This document shows positions 23,922 to 37,318 of a stretch of 64,000 bases of DNA, piece after piece (the first letter of the stretch is position 1; every line of letters starts with the position of its first letter). The stretch comes from Octopus sinensis (Eukaryota): NCBI RefSeq assembly GCF_006345805.1, contig NC_042998.1:24242001-24306000 (forward strand). The letters are read 5' to 3'. Under the pieces are notes generated by a model. It searched no databases and was not told the origin of the DNA. It saw only the letters and a program-made list of their open reading frames with translations. A program made the translations under genes and the position numbers.

Positions 23922-24342
23922 CTTATTTCTTTATTGCCCACAAGGGGCTAAACATAAAGGAGAAAAACAAGGACAGACAAATGGATTAAGTTGATCATGT
24001 CCGACCCCAGTGCGTAACTGGTACTTAATTTATCGACCCCGTAAGGATGAAAGGCTAAGTCAACCTTGGCGGAATTTGAACTCAGAACATAACGGCAGAT
24101 GAAATACCTATTTCTTTACTACGTACAAGGGGCTAAACAAAGAAGGGACAAACAAGGACGGACAAATGGATTAAGTCGATTACATCAACCCCAGTGCATA
24201 ACTGGTACTTAATTTATCATCCCCGAAAGGATGAAAGGCAAAGTCGACCTCGGCGGAATTTGAACTCAGAATATAATGGCAGACGAAAAACGGCTACACA
24301 TTTCGCCCGGCGTGCTAACAGTTCTGCCAGCTCGCCACCTTT
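23922..24342 (-). mobile_element. SINE S3 tandem dimer
   Basis: Two overlapping S3 units; head AAGGTGGCGAGCTGGCAGAA on minus. Confidence 0.85.
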
Positions 24343-24500
24343 TCTAATTCTTTTAAGAACAAACTGTAGTGACTCTGCATTAAAGAGCCTCGGATGGCCA
24401 AATTTCTTTTGTAAATCCTGATCAGCCAAAGCTTTGTGAATGAATTTGATAGAAAGAAACACATCATGTGTATGTGTGTGTGTGTATGCAGCACTGGATT

Positions 24501-24838
24501 GCTGAGACCCCCTTCGGTCATGACTGACCATTGGATTGCACCTAGAAAGTTACCCTCTCATGCACAAGTCCGGGCAAGGTTGTTTATTGAAGACCAGCAG
24601 TCGCTCATGCATACCGGCCTCTCCTCTCCACGCCACCAGTGTTATCCAAGGGAAAGGCAAAGGCTGATACAGCTTGGCACCAGTGACGTTGCAACTCATT
24701 TCTACAGCTGAGTGAACAGGAGCAAAGTGAAATAAAGTGTCTTGCTCAAGAACACAACACACAGCCTGGTCTGGGGTTCGTACCCACAACCTCACGATTG
24801 TAAGCTCGACGCTCTAACCACTGAACCATGCGCCTTCA
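24501..24838 (-). mobile_element. tRNA-derived SINE family S5 with 12-bp TSD
   Basis: Head GTGAAGGCGCATGGTTCAGTGGTTAGAGCG; direct repeat CAGCACTGGATT at 24489-24500 and 24839-24850. Confidence 0.9.
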
Positions 24839-25047
24839 CAGCACTGGATTAGCCCTTAAGCAAAATAAGCACCTGCTTAGGGCGTCGAGGGAAGGAGGGG
24901 CCACCACAGAGATGGTAAATAATTTACAGCACAATTGTTTTAAACTTGCTCAATAAACATCATTGAGTGTGTCTTTCCAAATGCAGTTGAAACGTTCCCA
25001 CTACCAGATTACCATCATCCCTTCCTTCCTTATTCATCTATACCCTT

Positions 25048-25442
25048 TTTCTCTTTTACTTGTTTCAGTCATTTGACTGCGGCGATGCTGGAGCACCGCC
25101 TTTAGTCAAGCAAATCAACCCCGGGACTTATTCTTTGTAAGCCTAGTACTTATTTTATCGGTCTCTTTTGCTGAACCGCTAAGTGATGGGGACATAAACA
25201 CATCAGCATCGGTTGTCAAGCAATGCTAGGGGGACAAACACAGACACACAAACGCACTCACATACATATATATATATACGACAGGCTTCTTTCAGTTTCC
25301 GTCTACCAAATCCACTCACAAGGCATTGGTCGGCCCGGGGCTATAGCAGAAGACACTTGCCCAAGATGCCACGCAGTGGGACTGAACCCGGAACCATGTG
25401 GTTGGTTAGCAAGCTACTTACCACACAGCCACTCCTGCGCCT
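25048..25442 (-). mobile_element. SINE S1
   Basis: Full-length reverse copy. Confidence 0.9.
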
Positions 25443-26418
25443 ATCACCCCTTCCTTTCTCATTCATATGTTGTGACAGAGAAAAACACAAGAGTATTATT
25501 ATACTAGAAGATGATCCAGAAAAATTGATTTGAAATCAGTTTCTTTTGAAAAGTGTAAGTGATATCAGGACCATGACTAAGAAGTCTTGTAATTAACTGA
25601 CGAGAGCTATTTATGAGAAAAGACTGAGTTGAATAATTTTTATCTCACTGGTGTTGATTTTACTCTTCATCCTTCTGGGTTGTTGATAAAATAAGTCTCA
25701 ATTACTCAAGGTCGATTGCATCAACCATACTTCCATACTTTACCCTCAATATGTGGTTTTGTACCTTAGTTAGAAACAATTATTAATTACTGGTACAAAG
25801 TGAATGGTTGAACAGAAATGAATAAAATATTTGTTGAGAATAGCAAACATTATCTATAATTGATGTTTAAACTTAATATATGGAACTGGTTGTGGACGAT
25901 GGTTTTGCTGTAACTTTTGACTTTGATATTTTGATATTAGATTGAAGAATTTACTTTCGATAGCATAGCAAATTTTCTAGTTCAATATCTGGGTATTTGT
26001 TTAGTATGTGAGAAGCATAATGGTATCAGAGACATGATTATCTTTAAAGTGTGGCAGAGTCAACTGAATGCTTTCTTTGAAGATTTTTTTCCCAATATTT
26101 TGGAAGCATTATTTATTGCTTTGTGGAGAATATACAATTTCATTCCAATTTTACAAATGTGATGCCAGAGCTTTGATTCAACTATCATCTTCAAAGTGTT
26201 GCCATTGATTTCTGTATGAATTTCAATACACTGATTTGAAGAATGAAGTTTTCTGATAGAATTTGCTATATTGTTACTGTTACTTAGGAATATTTCACAT
26301 ATTGCTATAAATCTTTTTAATATTTTGCATAGGAATCAGAGAAAAGTTTAAATTATTTAATTTTTATCTAAGCGCATGTCAAAATATATCATCTACCTTG
26401 ATAAATCATTTCACTCAC

Positions 26419-26545
26419 CTCCACTGTGTAATCTTATGTAGGTTTCCATGAAATTCTTCCCTACCTTGGCATCTACTTTGTTAAGTATGATTTTTAAAAA
26501 TGGAGTGGCGAAAATAGTTTGTACGAATTTAATGTCTGGGAGAGA
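26419..26545 (-). CDS. Possible internal exon of an unidentified gene
   Basis: Acceptor TTTTTTTTTCTCCAG, donor GAG|GTGAGT, open frame SLPDIKFVQTIFATPFLKIILNKVDAKVGKNFMETYIRLHSG; protein not recognised. Confidence 0.3.
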
Positions 26546-27550
26546 CTGGAGAAAAAAAAAATTAAGTGAAGCATTCTTAAGTATTTATATATTTCTCTCA
26601 TTGAATCTTTAATGAGTTAAAACCAATGTGAACTATATCTTCAACATGTTTTATATAGCACTGAAACCTAATACTGTAAACAGCCAAAATCAATATTTTA
26701 TCAGTGATACATCAATTTGCTGAATATGTTCCTTGTTTTTCAGTTGTAAAATATTGTAAACCATAACATCATTAACTTTGATTTGATATGCTAGCTGACA
26801 AACATGGGTGGTTTTGCCGTACTAATATAAAAGCATTTTATTGAAGCCTTCTTATGAAAGTTTATCTAAAATACGGTGTTATTAATATTTTGTACAAAAG
26901 AAAAATGTATTTGAAAATTGCATTGCCTATCTATGTAAAACAAAGAAAGTAAATTTATTTTGTGGAATATGAAGATAAAATTTGATTTGTATGTCGATTT
27001 GCTTATTTCTTTTTCTTTTAAATATTTTTTTCATTAAAAACCCCCCCAAAATATGTAATAATTTTAGGATTTGCCATGTTAACACAAAAATACTATTTTC
27101 TTGATGATTAAATATCAAAGAAATATGAGAAATAGAGATAAACATATTGAATTACTTAGATGTCTTTTAAAAAAACAAGATTTCGGAAAGTAGATCAATA
27201 TTTTCTATATTTCATTCTCTTTAAGAACCAAGCTGGCAACAACAATAACTGTTCTGTTTAATGTAATATGGTTAACAAAACTGAACAATGGTAAAAACCA
27301 AACAATGTCAAAAAAAAAATATATTGATTCCAGTTTCGATAGACAGCAGTCGAAAAATGATAAACAATAGTTTCTTCTTGAGTTAGATCAACTGTTTTGA
27401 TGATAGGATTAACAGCTTAATGAACTGCACTGACCAGATGTAGAATTAATTCATAGATTAATAAAGAATAAATGACTGATTGTTGATGGATAAATATCGT
27501 CTCCTTGAAATTACATCTTGTATACAATCTTTTTTTATCCTCCATATATA

Positions 27551-27955
27551 AGGCACAGGAGTGGCTATGTGGTAAGTAACTTGCTTACCAACCACATGGT
27601 TCTGGGTTCAGTCCCACTGCATGGTATTTTGGGCAAGTATCTTCTACTCTAGCCTCGGGCTGACCAAAGCCTTGTGAGAGGATTTCATAGATGGAAACTG
27701 AAAGAAGCCCGTCGTATATATGTATATATATATGTAAGTGTGTGTGTATATGTTTGTGTGTCTGTGCTTGTCTCCCCAACATCACTTGACAACTGATGCT
27801 GGTGTGGTTATGTCCCCATAACTTAGCGGTTTGGCAAAAGAGACTGATAGAATAAGTACTAGGCTTACAAAGAATAAGTCCTGGGGTCGATTTGCTCGAC
27901 TAAAGGCGGTGCTCCAGCATGGCCACAGTCAAATGACTGAAACAAGTAAAAGCAT
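27551..27955 (+). mobile_element. SINE S1
   Basis: Full-length copy. Confidence 0.88.
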
Positions 27956-28299
27956 AAGCGTATATCTTTATATGATATTCCTATTGTATTAGACTGCACT
28001 GACTCTACTGCTCTGATCCCAAATAGGTTTCAAAATATAGTCTTACGGTGATCAATGTGTGGAAACCCTTTTTACATATCTCCCACCAATTTTACAATCT
28101 CTTAAAGTGAATGATATATCAGAATCTCTTCAGAATCAGAAATTACTTCGTCTCAGAACAGATCCTGTTCTGAACTAGACATGCAATCTTATTCGACTGC
28201 TAAACTAGCCTCACAGGCTCAGAAAAGTGAACCTGTAATAACCAAACTAATGTAAGTTGTTACAGGAATTTTCAGTGGTAGATGGATAGCAGAATCAGG

Positions 28300-28590
28300 G
28301 TTCTTCTTCTTCTTCTTCTTCTTCTTCTTCTTCTTCTTCTCTTCTTCTTCTTCCTCTTCTTCTTCCTCTTCTTCTTCTTCTTCCTCTTCCCTCCTCGTCC
28401 TCTTCTCTTCCCTCCTCGTCCCCTTCTCTTCCCTCCTCGTCCTCTTCTCTTCCCTCCTCGTCCTCTTCTCTTCCCTCCTCGTCCTCTTCTCTTCCCTCCT
28501 CGTCCTCTTTACTTCCACCCCATCGTCCTCCTCCCCTCTTCTTTCTGCCCCCACTTTCTCCCCCTTCTCTCCCCTCCTCTTTCTCTACCC
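28300..28590. repeat. (CTT)n plus 21-bp minisatellite, pure pyrimidine strand
   Basis: Unit CTTCCCTCCTCGTCCTCTTCT, about 6 copies. Confidence 0.95.
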
Positions 28591-29414
28591 AACCCCCAGC
28601 ATTGGCCACAGTACAAGAATAAATGGGTTGTTATTTTTCCCCAGACCAAAATACAGAGCCACCCTATCTTCAGATACCAAGACTTTAGTGATGCACTTAT
28701 ACTATGTCTTACATATGGCATAGCATATACAAATGATATTCTATATAACGTCTTCATTATTTTACTTTTCTTTCTTACCAGGTTAAACAACCATATGTAA
28801 TGATGTTCTATAAATTTTCAGATTACTGTATCTAACTCATTTGATAAGGAAACCTATTGAGATACAATTTTCTATTTAATCTTTTCTTCTCTGTTGCTGT
28901 CAAATTTTTCACATGTAAAAATATGCCAAAGAAATTTATAGTGATAAGAAAAGAGAATAAAAAGTTTATTTTGAAATGTTCTATAATAGAAGCGTTTTTT
29001 GTTTTTTTCTAAGCTAGTAAACTTTTAAAAAATACTTATGCAATCAGCTTGTTATGTTATTTTTTAAAGATTAATTTCAAATAAAATTTTGTTCTTGTTC
29101 AGCAGTTAACTATTTACAAAATTTTCTTGAAAGCCGAGTAAATGGTCAATGAATAGTAAAGAGAAGCAAAAGCAAATGGAGAACTGCAGAAGAATGAAGA
29201 GAAAAACCAGTCATATTTGTAGTGTGAGGTTATGCACAAAATGTTTTCACACCCACCTTGTTTACAATAATTAGAGAGATGGTATTTTAAAGCATGTTGG
29301 TTGCTATTAACAACAACCAAGGAATTCTTCACAGTTTTGATTGAGCAGACATACAACCAAAGAATAATCAAATTGTGACCACTCCTTCTTTATTCAAAAC
29401 ACAGAGTATCAAGG

Positions 29415-29842
29415 ACTATATTCTTTTCTACTCTCAGCACAAGGACTGAAACTGGTACTTAATTTATTGACCCCAAAAGGATGAAAGGCAAAGTTGACTT
29501 CAGAGGAATTTGACCTCAGAACATAAAGACAGATGAAATACCGCAAAGCATTTCGCTGGTGTACTAACATTTCTTATTTCTTTATTGCCCACAAGGGGCT
29601 AAACATAGAGGGGACAAACAAAGACAGACAAATGGATTAAGTCGATTAGATCGACCCCAGTGCGTAAGTGGTACTTAATTTATCGACCCCGAAAGGATGA
29701 AAGGCAAAGTCGACCTCGGTGGAATTTGAACTCAGAATGTAGCAGCAGATGAAATATGGCTATGCATTTTGCCTGGCATGCTAACGATTCTGCCAGTTCG
29801 CCGCCTTCGGTGTACTAATATTTCTGCCAGCTTGCCACCTTA
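29415..29842 (-). mobile_element. SINE S3 tandem copies
   Basis: Partial plus full S3 unit. Confidence 0.85.
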
Positions 29843-30651
29843 GTATCAAGGGCTATATCATCAAATGTGTCTTTTTTAATACAGTTCTATATTTAAGAGA
29901 CGAGGGATTATGTCTGTGTGTGTGTATTTGTGTGTTTGTTTGTATGCAAATGTGAGTGTGTATTTCTGTGAAGTTCATATTCACCTTTGCTTTCAAGTGT
30001 GTTTGTTGTTGGTGAACAAAAGCATCACTGTTCATACAAACTGTATCCTTTGCTTGTACACCCTGAAAGCACGTCCAAGCTTCTTGATATTTCTTGATGT
30101 TTACAATCTTTGTAAACAAAATGCACCTTCATATGGGGCTGTTTGTTTCCTTTTCTGCATTGTTCATTGTTTGATATATTGTTGATATATTGGGTAGTAT
30201 TACCATGCTTGGAAACAAGTGAAGATTGAAGACAGGAAAGGGTATCTAATCATAGAAAACTTTGCTCCAGTGAAGCTGCAGCTGACCCATGCAAGCATGG
30301 AAAAGTAGACGTTATAATGACGAGGATAGTGAGGATGATATCAAATGGAGATTTGGTAAATTTCTTTAGATGACAATTTCCTATCTTCCTTTAATGTATG
30401 TGTGTATATGTGTGTGTGTATATATACACACACATATACATTAGTGTATATTTTTATACACAAAAGAGGTGACCTTGACAGGACACCTTACATGCTGAAA
30501 AGGGCAGTTAAAGCCTAAACCATGGATAAGAGTAATTTCAAAGGGAATGGAAAATAAAAACATTTGAATAGTTATGCATGCTGGCCACCGGTAAAATATT
30601 TCTCTAAATTTGCTAACCATAATATTTTATACACACACACACACACACATA

Positions 30652-30696
<45 letters not shown>

Positions 30697-30699
30697 GAA

Positions 30700-31128
30700 A
30701 ATCGTAATCTATCAACATCAATGGAATTTGTAGCTGTGATACCAGTGCCAGTGGCACGTAAGAGAACCATCTGAATGTGGCCGTAGCCAGCCCCGCCTGA
30801 CTGGCCTCTGTGCCAGTGGCATGTAAAAAGCACCATCCGACCGTGGCTGTTGCCAGCTTTGTCTGGTCCCCGTGCCAGTGGCACGTAAAAACCACCATCC
30901 GATCGTGGCTGTTTGCCAGCCTCGTCTGGCACCTGTGCCGGTGGCATATAAAAAGCACCCACTACACTCACGGAGTGGTTGGTGTTAGGAAGGGCATCCA
31001 GCTGTAGAAACACTGCCAGATCAGACTGGGCCTGGTGCAGCCTTCTGGCTTCCCAGACCCCAGTTGAACCGTCCAACCCATGCCAGCATGGAAAGCGGAC
31101 GTTAAATGATGATGATGATGATGATGAA
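30700..31128 (+). mobile_element. S2
   Basis: Internal subrepeats and (GAT)n tail. Confidence 0.85.
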
Positions 31129-31175
31129 AATAATAATGCAATACAATATTGGTGCCTTGTTGTACCATTTATTTA

Positions 31176-31244
<69 letters not shown>

Positions 31245-31518
31245 CATATTCTTAAACAAGAGATTATCCACAGTGACTTCTTTGAAGCTTTGGCCAGCTA
31301 AGCCATTATCAGATGAATTGCTTAGCTTGCTGGAAGTTTGAAGTCACTATCAATAATATTCTTGTTTTAAGAATAGATTTTTACCCAACAGGCATATAAA
31401 GTAACCCATCATATTTACATAAAATTGTTTTTATTATAATTGAACATAAAAACAAACTTTAATATATATACACGTATGTATATATATGCACACACACACA
31501 TATATGTGTGTGTGTATG

Positions 31519-31565
<47 letters not shown>

Positions 31566-31566
<1 letters not shown>

Positions 31567-31978
31567 GGCGCAGGAGTGGCTGTGTGGTAAGTAGCTTGCT
31601 TACCAACCACATGGTTCTGGGTTCAGTCCCACTGCGTGGCATCTTGGGCAAGTGTCTTCTGCTATAGCCTCGGGCCGACCAATGCCTTGTGAGTGGATTT
31701 GGTAGACGGAAACTGAAAGAAGCCCGTCGTATATATGTATATATATATATATATGTGTGTGTATGTTTGTGTGTCTGTGTTTGTTCCCCTAGCATTGCTT
31801 GACAACCGATACTGGTGTGTTTACGTCGCCGTCACTTAGCGGTTCGGCAAACGAGACCAATAGAATAAGTACTGGGCTTACAAAGAATAAGTCCCGAGGT
31901 CAATTTGCTTGACTAAAGGCGGTGCTCCAGCATGGCCGCAGTCAAATGACTGAAACAAGTAAAAGAGTAAAAGAGAGA
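31566..31978 (+). mobile_element. SINE S1, young copy
   Basis: Very close to the in-window consensus. Confidence 0.92.
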
Positions 31979-33494
31979 GTATACATGTATGTATATATAT
32001 GCACAAACACACACACATATATGTGTGTGTGTATGTTAATATATATATATATGAAGATACCAAAAGGGAATCTTGAAGTTGAACCTCAGAATATTGACGA
32101 TACTATGTAGAACTTAAAGAAGTGGAAATATGCTACACTGTAGACATGTTCATGTAGAAAGAAAACAAAATAAAAAGAAAGTAAAAACAAAGATAAGAAG
32201 CAGCTGAAGATGATTGTGATAATAACGAAGTTAATAGTTCTGTTGGTGGTGTTGGTGGTGTTGATGGTAATGATGGTGACAACGATGTGGAAACAAAACA
32301 GCAAAATGTTTAAGTTCATCCATCCATAAAAATACAAGAGAAATAAGATGTCTGGCGCAAGTATTGAGAGAAAGCATGATTTTTATATTGTAGAAAGATC
32401 ACATAATTTTTGAAAGAAATATCATTGGAGTTTATTATAAAGTGAGGCAACCAATATCTATGTTATTTAATGTAAGAAATGTCAAACTAAATTTGTTTTG
32501 AATTTACATGTTTGTGGTACAGACATGATGCAAGGAAACTGAAGCATTGCATACCATGAAAATGGTTGTAATTGGTTGATTAAAGCATGACCAATCACGT
32601 TTGCTTTGTTAGTTACTGTTATGACCTTTTCTTGGATAAATGTTACAAAATTCCATAGTGTGAAAGCAAAAATTCCAGATAAGAAACAAAAAAACTTGCT
32701 GCTCATTTCCTTAACTAAGTTTGTATTGTAAGAAAAGCCTAATTAAGAGAGATGAAAATGAATGAAAAATGCAAAAACAATAAAGTTCTCTCTTTGCATA
32801 GAACATAATATAACATAATCCACAAATATTCAAAATATTTCAACAATGAAGTTAATCAATATAGTAAATAAAATTATGATTTAATTATAGGAAAAAAAAA
32901 ATAATTAAATTATAAAAATTCTCAGTCAAAAGAAGTCTTTGAATATCATTGAAACTCTGAAATATTCTTTGATGTTTGCTTCTGTATTCACTTTATTGAA
33001 ATCAATGAGAAACAATAGTCTGATACTTTGAGAAGTTCCATCTATTTATTTTGATCATTTTTGGCATTTATCCACTTATTATCAAAGTAATAATTATTCT
33101 TATAGAAAGAGATTCGCAGTAATTATTTCATTTTTCTGTCATTCACACCACGAATATCATATTTTTCATTTTATTTTCTTTTAATTACTTTATCATAGCT
33201 ATGTTAATGCAGTCATGATTACAATTCCGTGTAATTATTTTCTCTTGTGATAAATATTAATGTTGTTTTCTGCTGTTATTGCTGTATTTACTCTTATATC
33301 ATTTCTATTTTGTTGGTAGTGATTTAACACCAGCTTCCTCTCTCATCAGGCATTGGTTGAATGCATCTTCTGCTGTACAGTGTACCATCAATCTTTCAAC
33401 ACCTCTTCTATGAGGCCCAACATCCTCACATCAAACTTCACTTTTTCTTTAATGCATCTTTCTTCGTTTTCAGTTCCTTTATTATTGGTTTCAA

Positions 33495-33672
33495 AAGTTT
33501 TGACAAAAGGCCAGCAATTTCAGGAAAGGGGGTAACTCAGTTGCATTGACCCTGAAAAGATAAAAGGTAAAGTTGTTCTTGGTGGAATTTGAACTCAGAA
33601 CATAAAGACAAATGAAATACTACTAAGCATTTTGCCCAGCATGCTAACGATTCTGCCAGCATGTCACCTTCA
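33495..33672 (-). mobile_element. SINE S3, decayed
   Basis: GAATTTGAACTCAGAACATAAAGAC...GCTAACGATTCTGCCAGC. Confidence 0.7.
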
Positions 33673-33754
33673 GCTCCTTAATTATTTTTACAATTATTAT
33701 TGCATTAAGACTGCATTAAATTATCATTATTATTATTATTATTATTATTATTAC

Positions 33755-34736
33755 TTTTTTTTTCTTCTTTCAAATTTGCTTCCATTTCTTGCTGAGTGTC
33801 TTCCTGACTCCTAGGGCAAAGAAACTCATAGTATTCATTGGTAGGCCATTAAACTAAACTCAATAGTTCGTTCATTAAAAAAATTTTTTTTTAAGTTAAA
33901 TTAAAATACATGGGTAGTAATAATTCTCACATCGACAATGCTCTTCTCAATACGTGTGATGTACCAGTTAAGACAATCTTTTGCACTTCTTGCAGGGATG
34001 GTAAGCCAGGGATCATTCTCATATAATTTTCGGTTCCCTTCTTGATCATTCCTAGTGCTCCTACGATCACTGGTATTGTAACCGCCTGGAAATGCCACAT
34101 TTTCTCAATTTCAATGAGTAGGTCTTTATATTTTCTGAGCTTGTCAAACTCTTTCACTGAGATATTATGATCACAGGGGGTGCTCATGTCAATCAATAAG
34201 CAAGCTTTATTGTTTTGGTCTTTCACAACAATATCTGGTTTATTGGCCTTGATGGTTCGGTCTGTATGTACTGGAAAGTCCCACAGAATAGTTACATTTT
34301 CTCCTTCAGTTACAGCCTCAGGGTGGTGATTATACCACTTGTCGGCAGTTTTGATATTGTAATGCCGACTTATTAGCCAGTGTAGATATTGGCCAACTCT
34401 GTCATGTCTTAATTTATACTCCACTGGTGCTAAGACTTTACATCCAGAGATTAGGTGGTCCACAGTTTCAATCATGTCGTTGCAGAATCGGCATTTTGGG
34501 TCTGCTCCATTTTTCATCATATTGGCCTGGTAGTTCCGGGTTAATAGGCTTTGATCTTGAGCAGCCAGGATGAAACCTTCGCTCTCTGCTTTTAGCCCTG
34601 AGCTCCGTAGCCACTGATGGGTTTGCTTCTGGTCAACATCAGCTTGTTTGCTGCGGGCTACATATTTGCCGTGCAGAGGTTTCTCCTCCCACCTATCAGC
34701 CAATTGCTCATGCGCTTTTTCGTTGCCATTATTTTC

Positions 34737-34740
<4 letters not shown>
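33755..34740 (-). mobile_element. 5'-truncated RLE-type non-LTR retrotransposon (R4/Dong-like) in (TAA)n
   Basis: Coding 3' end plus ~170-bp 3'UTR with A-run, (TAA)n on both sides. Confidence 0.85.
33927..34703 (-). CDS. C-terminal zinc knuckle and restriction-like endonuclease of a non-LTR retrotransposon
   Basis: CRFC...ETVDHLISGC, RHD, KPDIVV...LIDMS, KLRKYKDL; no stops over 258 aa; frame continues upstream to the truncation. Confidence 0.9.
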   Translation of the reverse strand: MADRWEEKPLHGKYVARSKQADVDQKQTHQWLRSSGLKAESEGFILAAQDQSLLTRNYQANMMKNGADPKCRFCNDMIETVDHLISGCKVLAPVEYKLRHDRVGQYLHWLISRHYNIKTADKWYNHHPEAVTEGENVTILWDFPVHTDRTIKANKPDIVVKDQNNKACLLIDMSTPCDHNISVKEFDKLRKYKDLLIEIEKMWHFQAVTIPVIVGALGMIKKGTENYMRMIPGLPSLQEVQKIVLTGTSHVLRRALSM

Positions 34741-34779
<39 letters not shown>

Positions 34780-34781
<2 letters not shown>

Positions 34782-34990
34782 AGAAGTGAGCTGGCTGAGT
34801 CATTAGCATGCTGGGTAAAATGCTTAGATGTATTTTGTCTGTTGCTACACACCGAGTTCAAATTTCCCTGACGTCGACTTTACCTTCCATCCTTCTGGGG
34901 TCGATAAACTAAGTATCACTGGGGTCGGTGCAAGTGACTAGTTCCCTCCCCCAAAATTTCAGGCCTTGTGCCTTTAGTAGAAAGGATTAT
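34780..34990 (+). mobile_element. SINE S3
   Basis: Head adjacent to (ATT)n. Confidence 0.75.
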
Positions 34991-35329
34991 TATTATCATT
35001 TTATTGTTTTTGCACAGCTTTTAATGCTGGAGATGTACTACAGTGTCAGCTGTTCACTACCAGTGAACTAAGTTAACACCCCTTATTTTTCGAGCACCTT
35101 CCAGAGTATTCGAGTGGTTCCAAGCAGTGCTCTTTTCTGTTAGTACTCCACCCTTATTTGTTCTACGTACTTATTTGTTCTGTTAGTACTCCACCTAATT
35201 TGTTCTACGTACTTCTCAAGATTTGTATTCACTGTTCTCAGAGCTCCAACAATTATTGGTACTACTACCACCTTTTTCAGTGACCACAGCTGCTTAACCT
35301 CCCAAGCTAACCTGTCATATCTATCGACT

Positions 35330-35868
35330 TTTCATTATTTTCATTATTATTATTATTATTTTTATTATTATTATTATCATCAACATCATCATCATTATTA
35401 TCACCACCACCACCACCACCACCACCACCACCATCATCATCATCATTAAGGCAGTGCATTGGCAGATTCATTATCATGCTGGGAAAAATGCTTAGCAGCA
35501 TTTCGTCTGTCTTTACATTCTGAGTTCAAATTCTGCCGAGGTCAACTCTGCCCGTCATCCTTTTGGGCATGATAAAATAAGAACCAATTTGAGCACTGGG
35601 GTCAACTTTCCCAAATTATTGGTCTTGTGCCAAAATTTGAAGCCATTATTATTATAAGGCAGCAAGCTGGTAGAATCGTTAGCACACTGGATGAAATGCT
35701 TAGCAGTATTTTGTCTGTCTTTATATTCTGAGTTCAAATTGCACCAAGGTCGACTTTGCCTTTCATCCTTTCGGGATCGATTAAATAAGTAACAGTTACA
35801 TACTGGGGTCAATGTAATTAATTTAATCCTCTCCCCCAAGCTGCCCTAGTGGCAAAAATCTGAAATCG

Positions 35869-35918
<50 letters not shown>

Positions 35919-35955
35919 ACTACTACTAATATTATTATTATTATCATCATCATCA

Positions 35956-35999
<44 letters not shown>

Positions 36000-36105
36000 G
36001 TTATTATTGAGTGAAAGAGCAGCACAAATCATAATAATCATCATAATAATAATAATAATTATAATAATGATAATAATGATGATGATGATGATAATAATAA
36101 TAATG

Positions 36106-36136
<31 letters not shown>

Positions 36137-36170
36137 TAATAATGATAATAATAACTGCAACAATAGCATT
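35330..36170. repeat. Trinucleotide tracts (ATT/CAT/CAC/AAT) with two S3 copies (35448-35640, 35655-35865)
   Basis: Direct sequence. Confidence 0.8.
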
Positions 36171-36687
36171 AATAATATTATCAGTAATAATAAACTTTTG
36201 TTACATTTGTTTTGATCCACTTAGAAAATATTTCTCTTGGAGTGGTCTACTGATATTTCAATGACATTTTCTTCAGCTCAAGATGACAAACAACACTGTT
36301 AATCAAAACTGTTATGACAAAAGCCTTTGCAAAAAAGAAAAAAAAACGAAAAAAAAAGGAAAATTACAAAAGCAAAAATACAACAACAATTGCATATTAT
36401 TTATTATCTGATCCTAATTGATTTACATGTATAAACTTGACAACTAAAGAAGAGAATTGACCTTTTAATAATTCATATTTTTGTTTATCATAAAGTTTAA
36501 ATATGTATATATATGTAGGATTGGGCATCGCCATGTGGTAAGAATTTTGCTTCTCAGCCACATGGTTCCAGTTTCAGACGCTCTGGATGGTGCCCAGTTA
36601 TCTACTAGAGTCCTGATCCAACCAAATTTTGAGAAGATGTCAGTCACTGTACAACTCATGGTTTAACAACTAAAGTTGTTAAAATGT

Positions 36688-36853
36688 AGGCGTAGGAGTG
36701 GCTGTGTGGTAAGTAGATTGCTTACCAGCCACATGGCTCCAGGTTCAGTCCCACTGCATGATATCTTGGGCAAGTGTCTTCTACTATAGCCTCGGGCCAA
36801 CCAAAGCCTTGTGAGTGGATTTGGTAGACAGAAACTGAAAGAAGCCCATTGTA

Positions 36854-36887
<34 letters not shown>

Positions 36888-37318
36888 ACGGAAAGGTTTA
36901 TGAAAATAAACAAAAGACAAAGGCAGGCGGAGTACAAACAGACAAATGTATTAGTATGGTGCTCAGGAATAGAAATAGAACAAGTCTTTTACGTTTTGAG
37001 CCTATGCTCTTCGACAGAAAGATACACAGAAAAAATCAAGGAGAGAAACAAGGAGAGAAAAAAAATGCGTGTAGGAGCTAACGATCTATCGTGGCAAAAT
37101 ATATACGTGTATGTGTGTCTGTGTTTGTTCCCCTAACATCACTTGACAACTGATGCTGGTGTATTTACGTCCCTGTAACTTAGCAGTTCAGCAAAAGAGA
37201 CCGGTAGAATAAGTACTAGGTTTACAAAGAATAAGTCCTGGGGTCGATTTGCTCGACGAAAGGCGATGCTCCAGCATGGACACAGTCAAATGACTGAAAC
37301 AAGTAAAAGAGTAAAAAG
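36688..37318 (+). mobile_element. SINE S1 interrupted at its internal TA tract by an H1 element
   Basis: S1 5' half 36688-36852, 3' half ~37105-37318. Confidence 0.85.
36885..37095 (-). mobile_element. Family H1 copy, HHR-like motif 36985-37022
   Basis: Minus: tcttt CTGTCGA A GAG catagg CTC aAAAC GTA aaaga. Confidence 0.65.
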
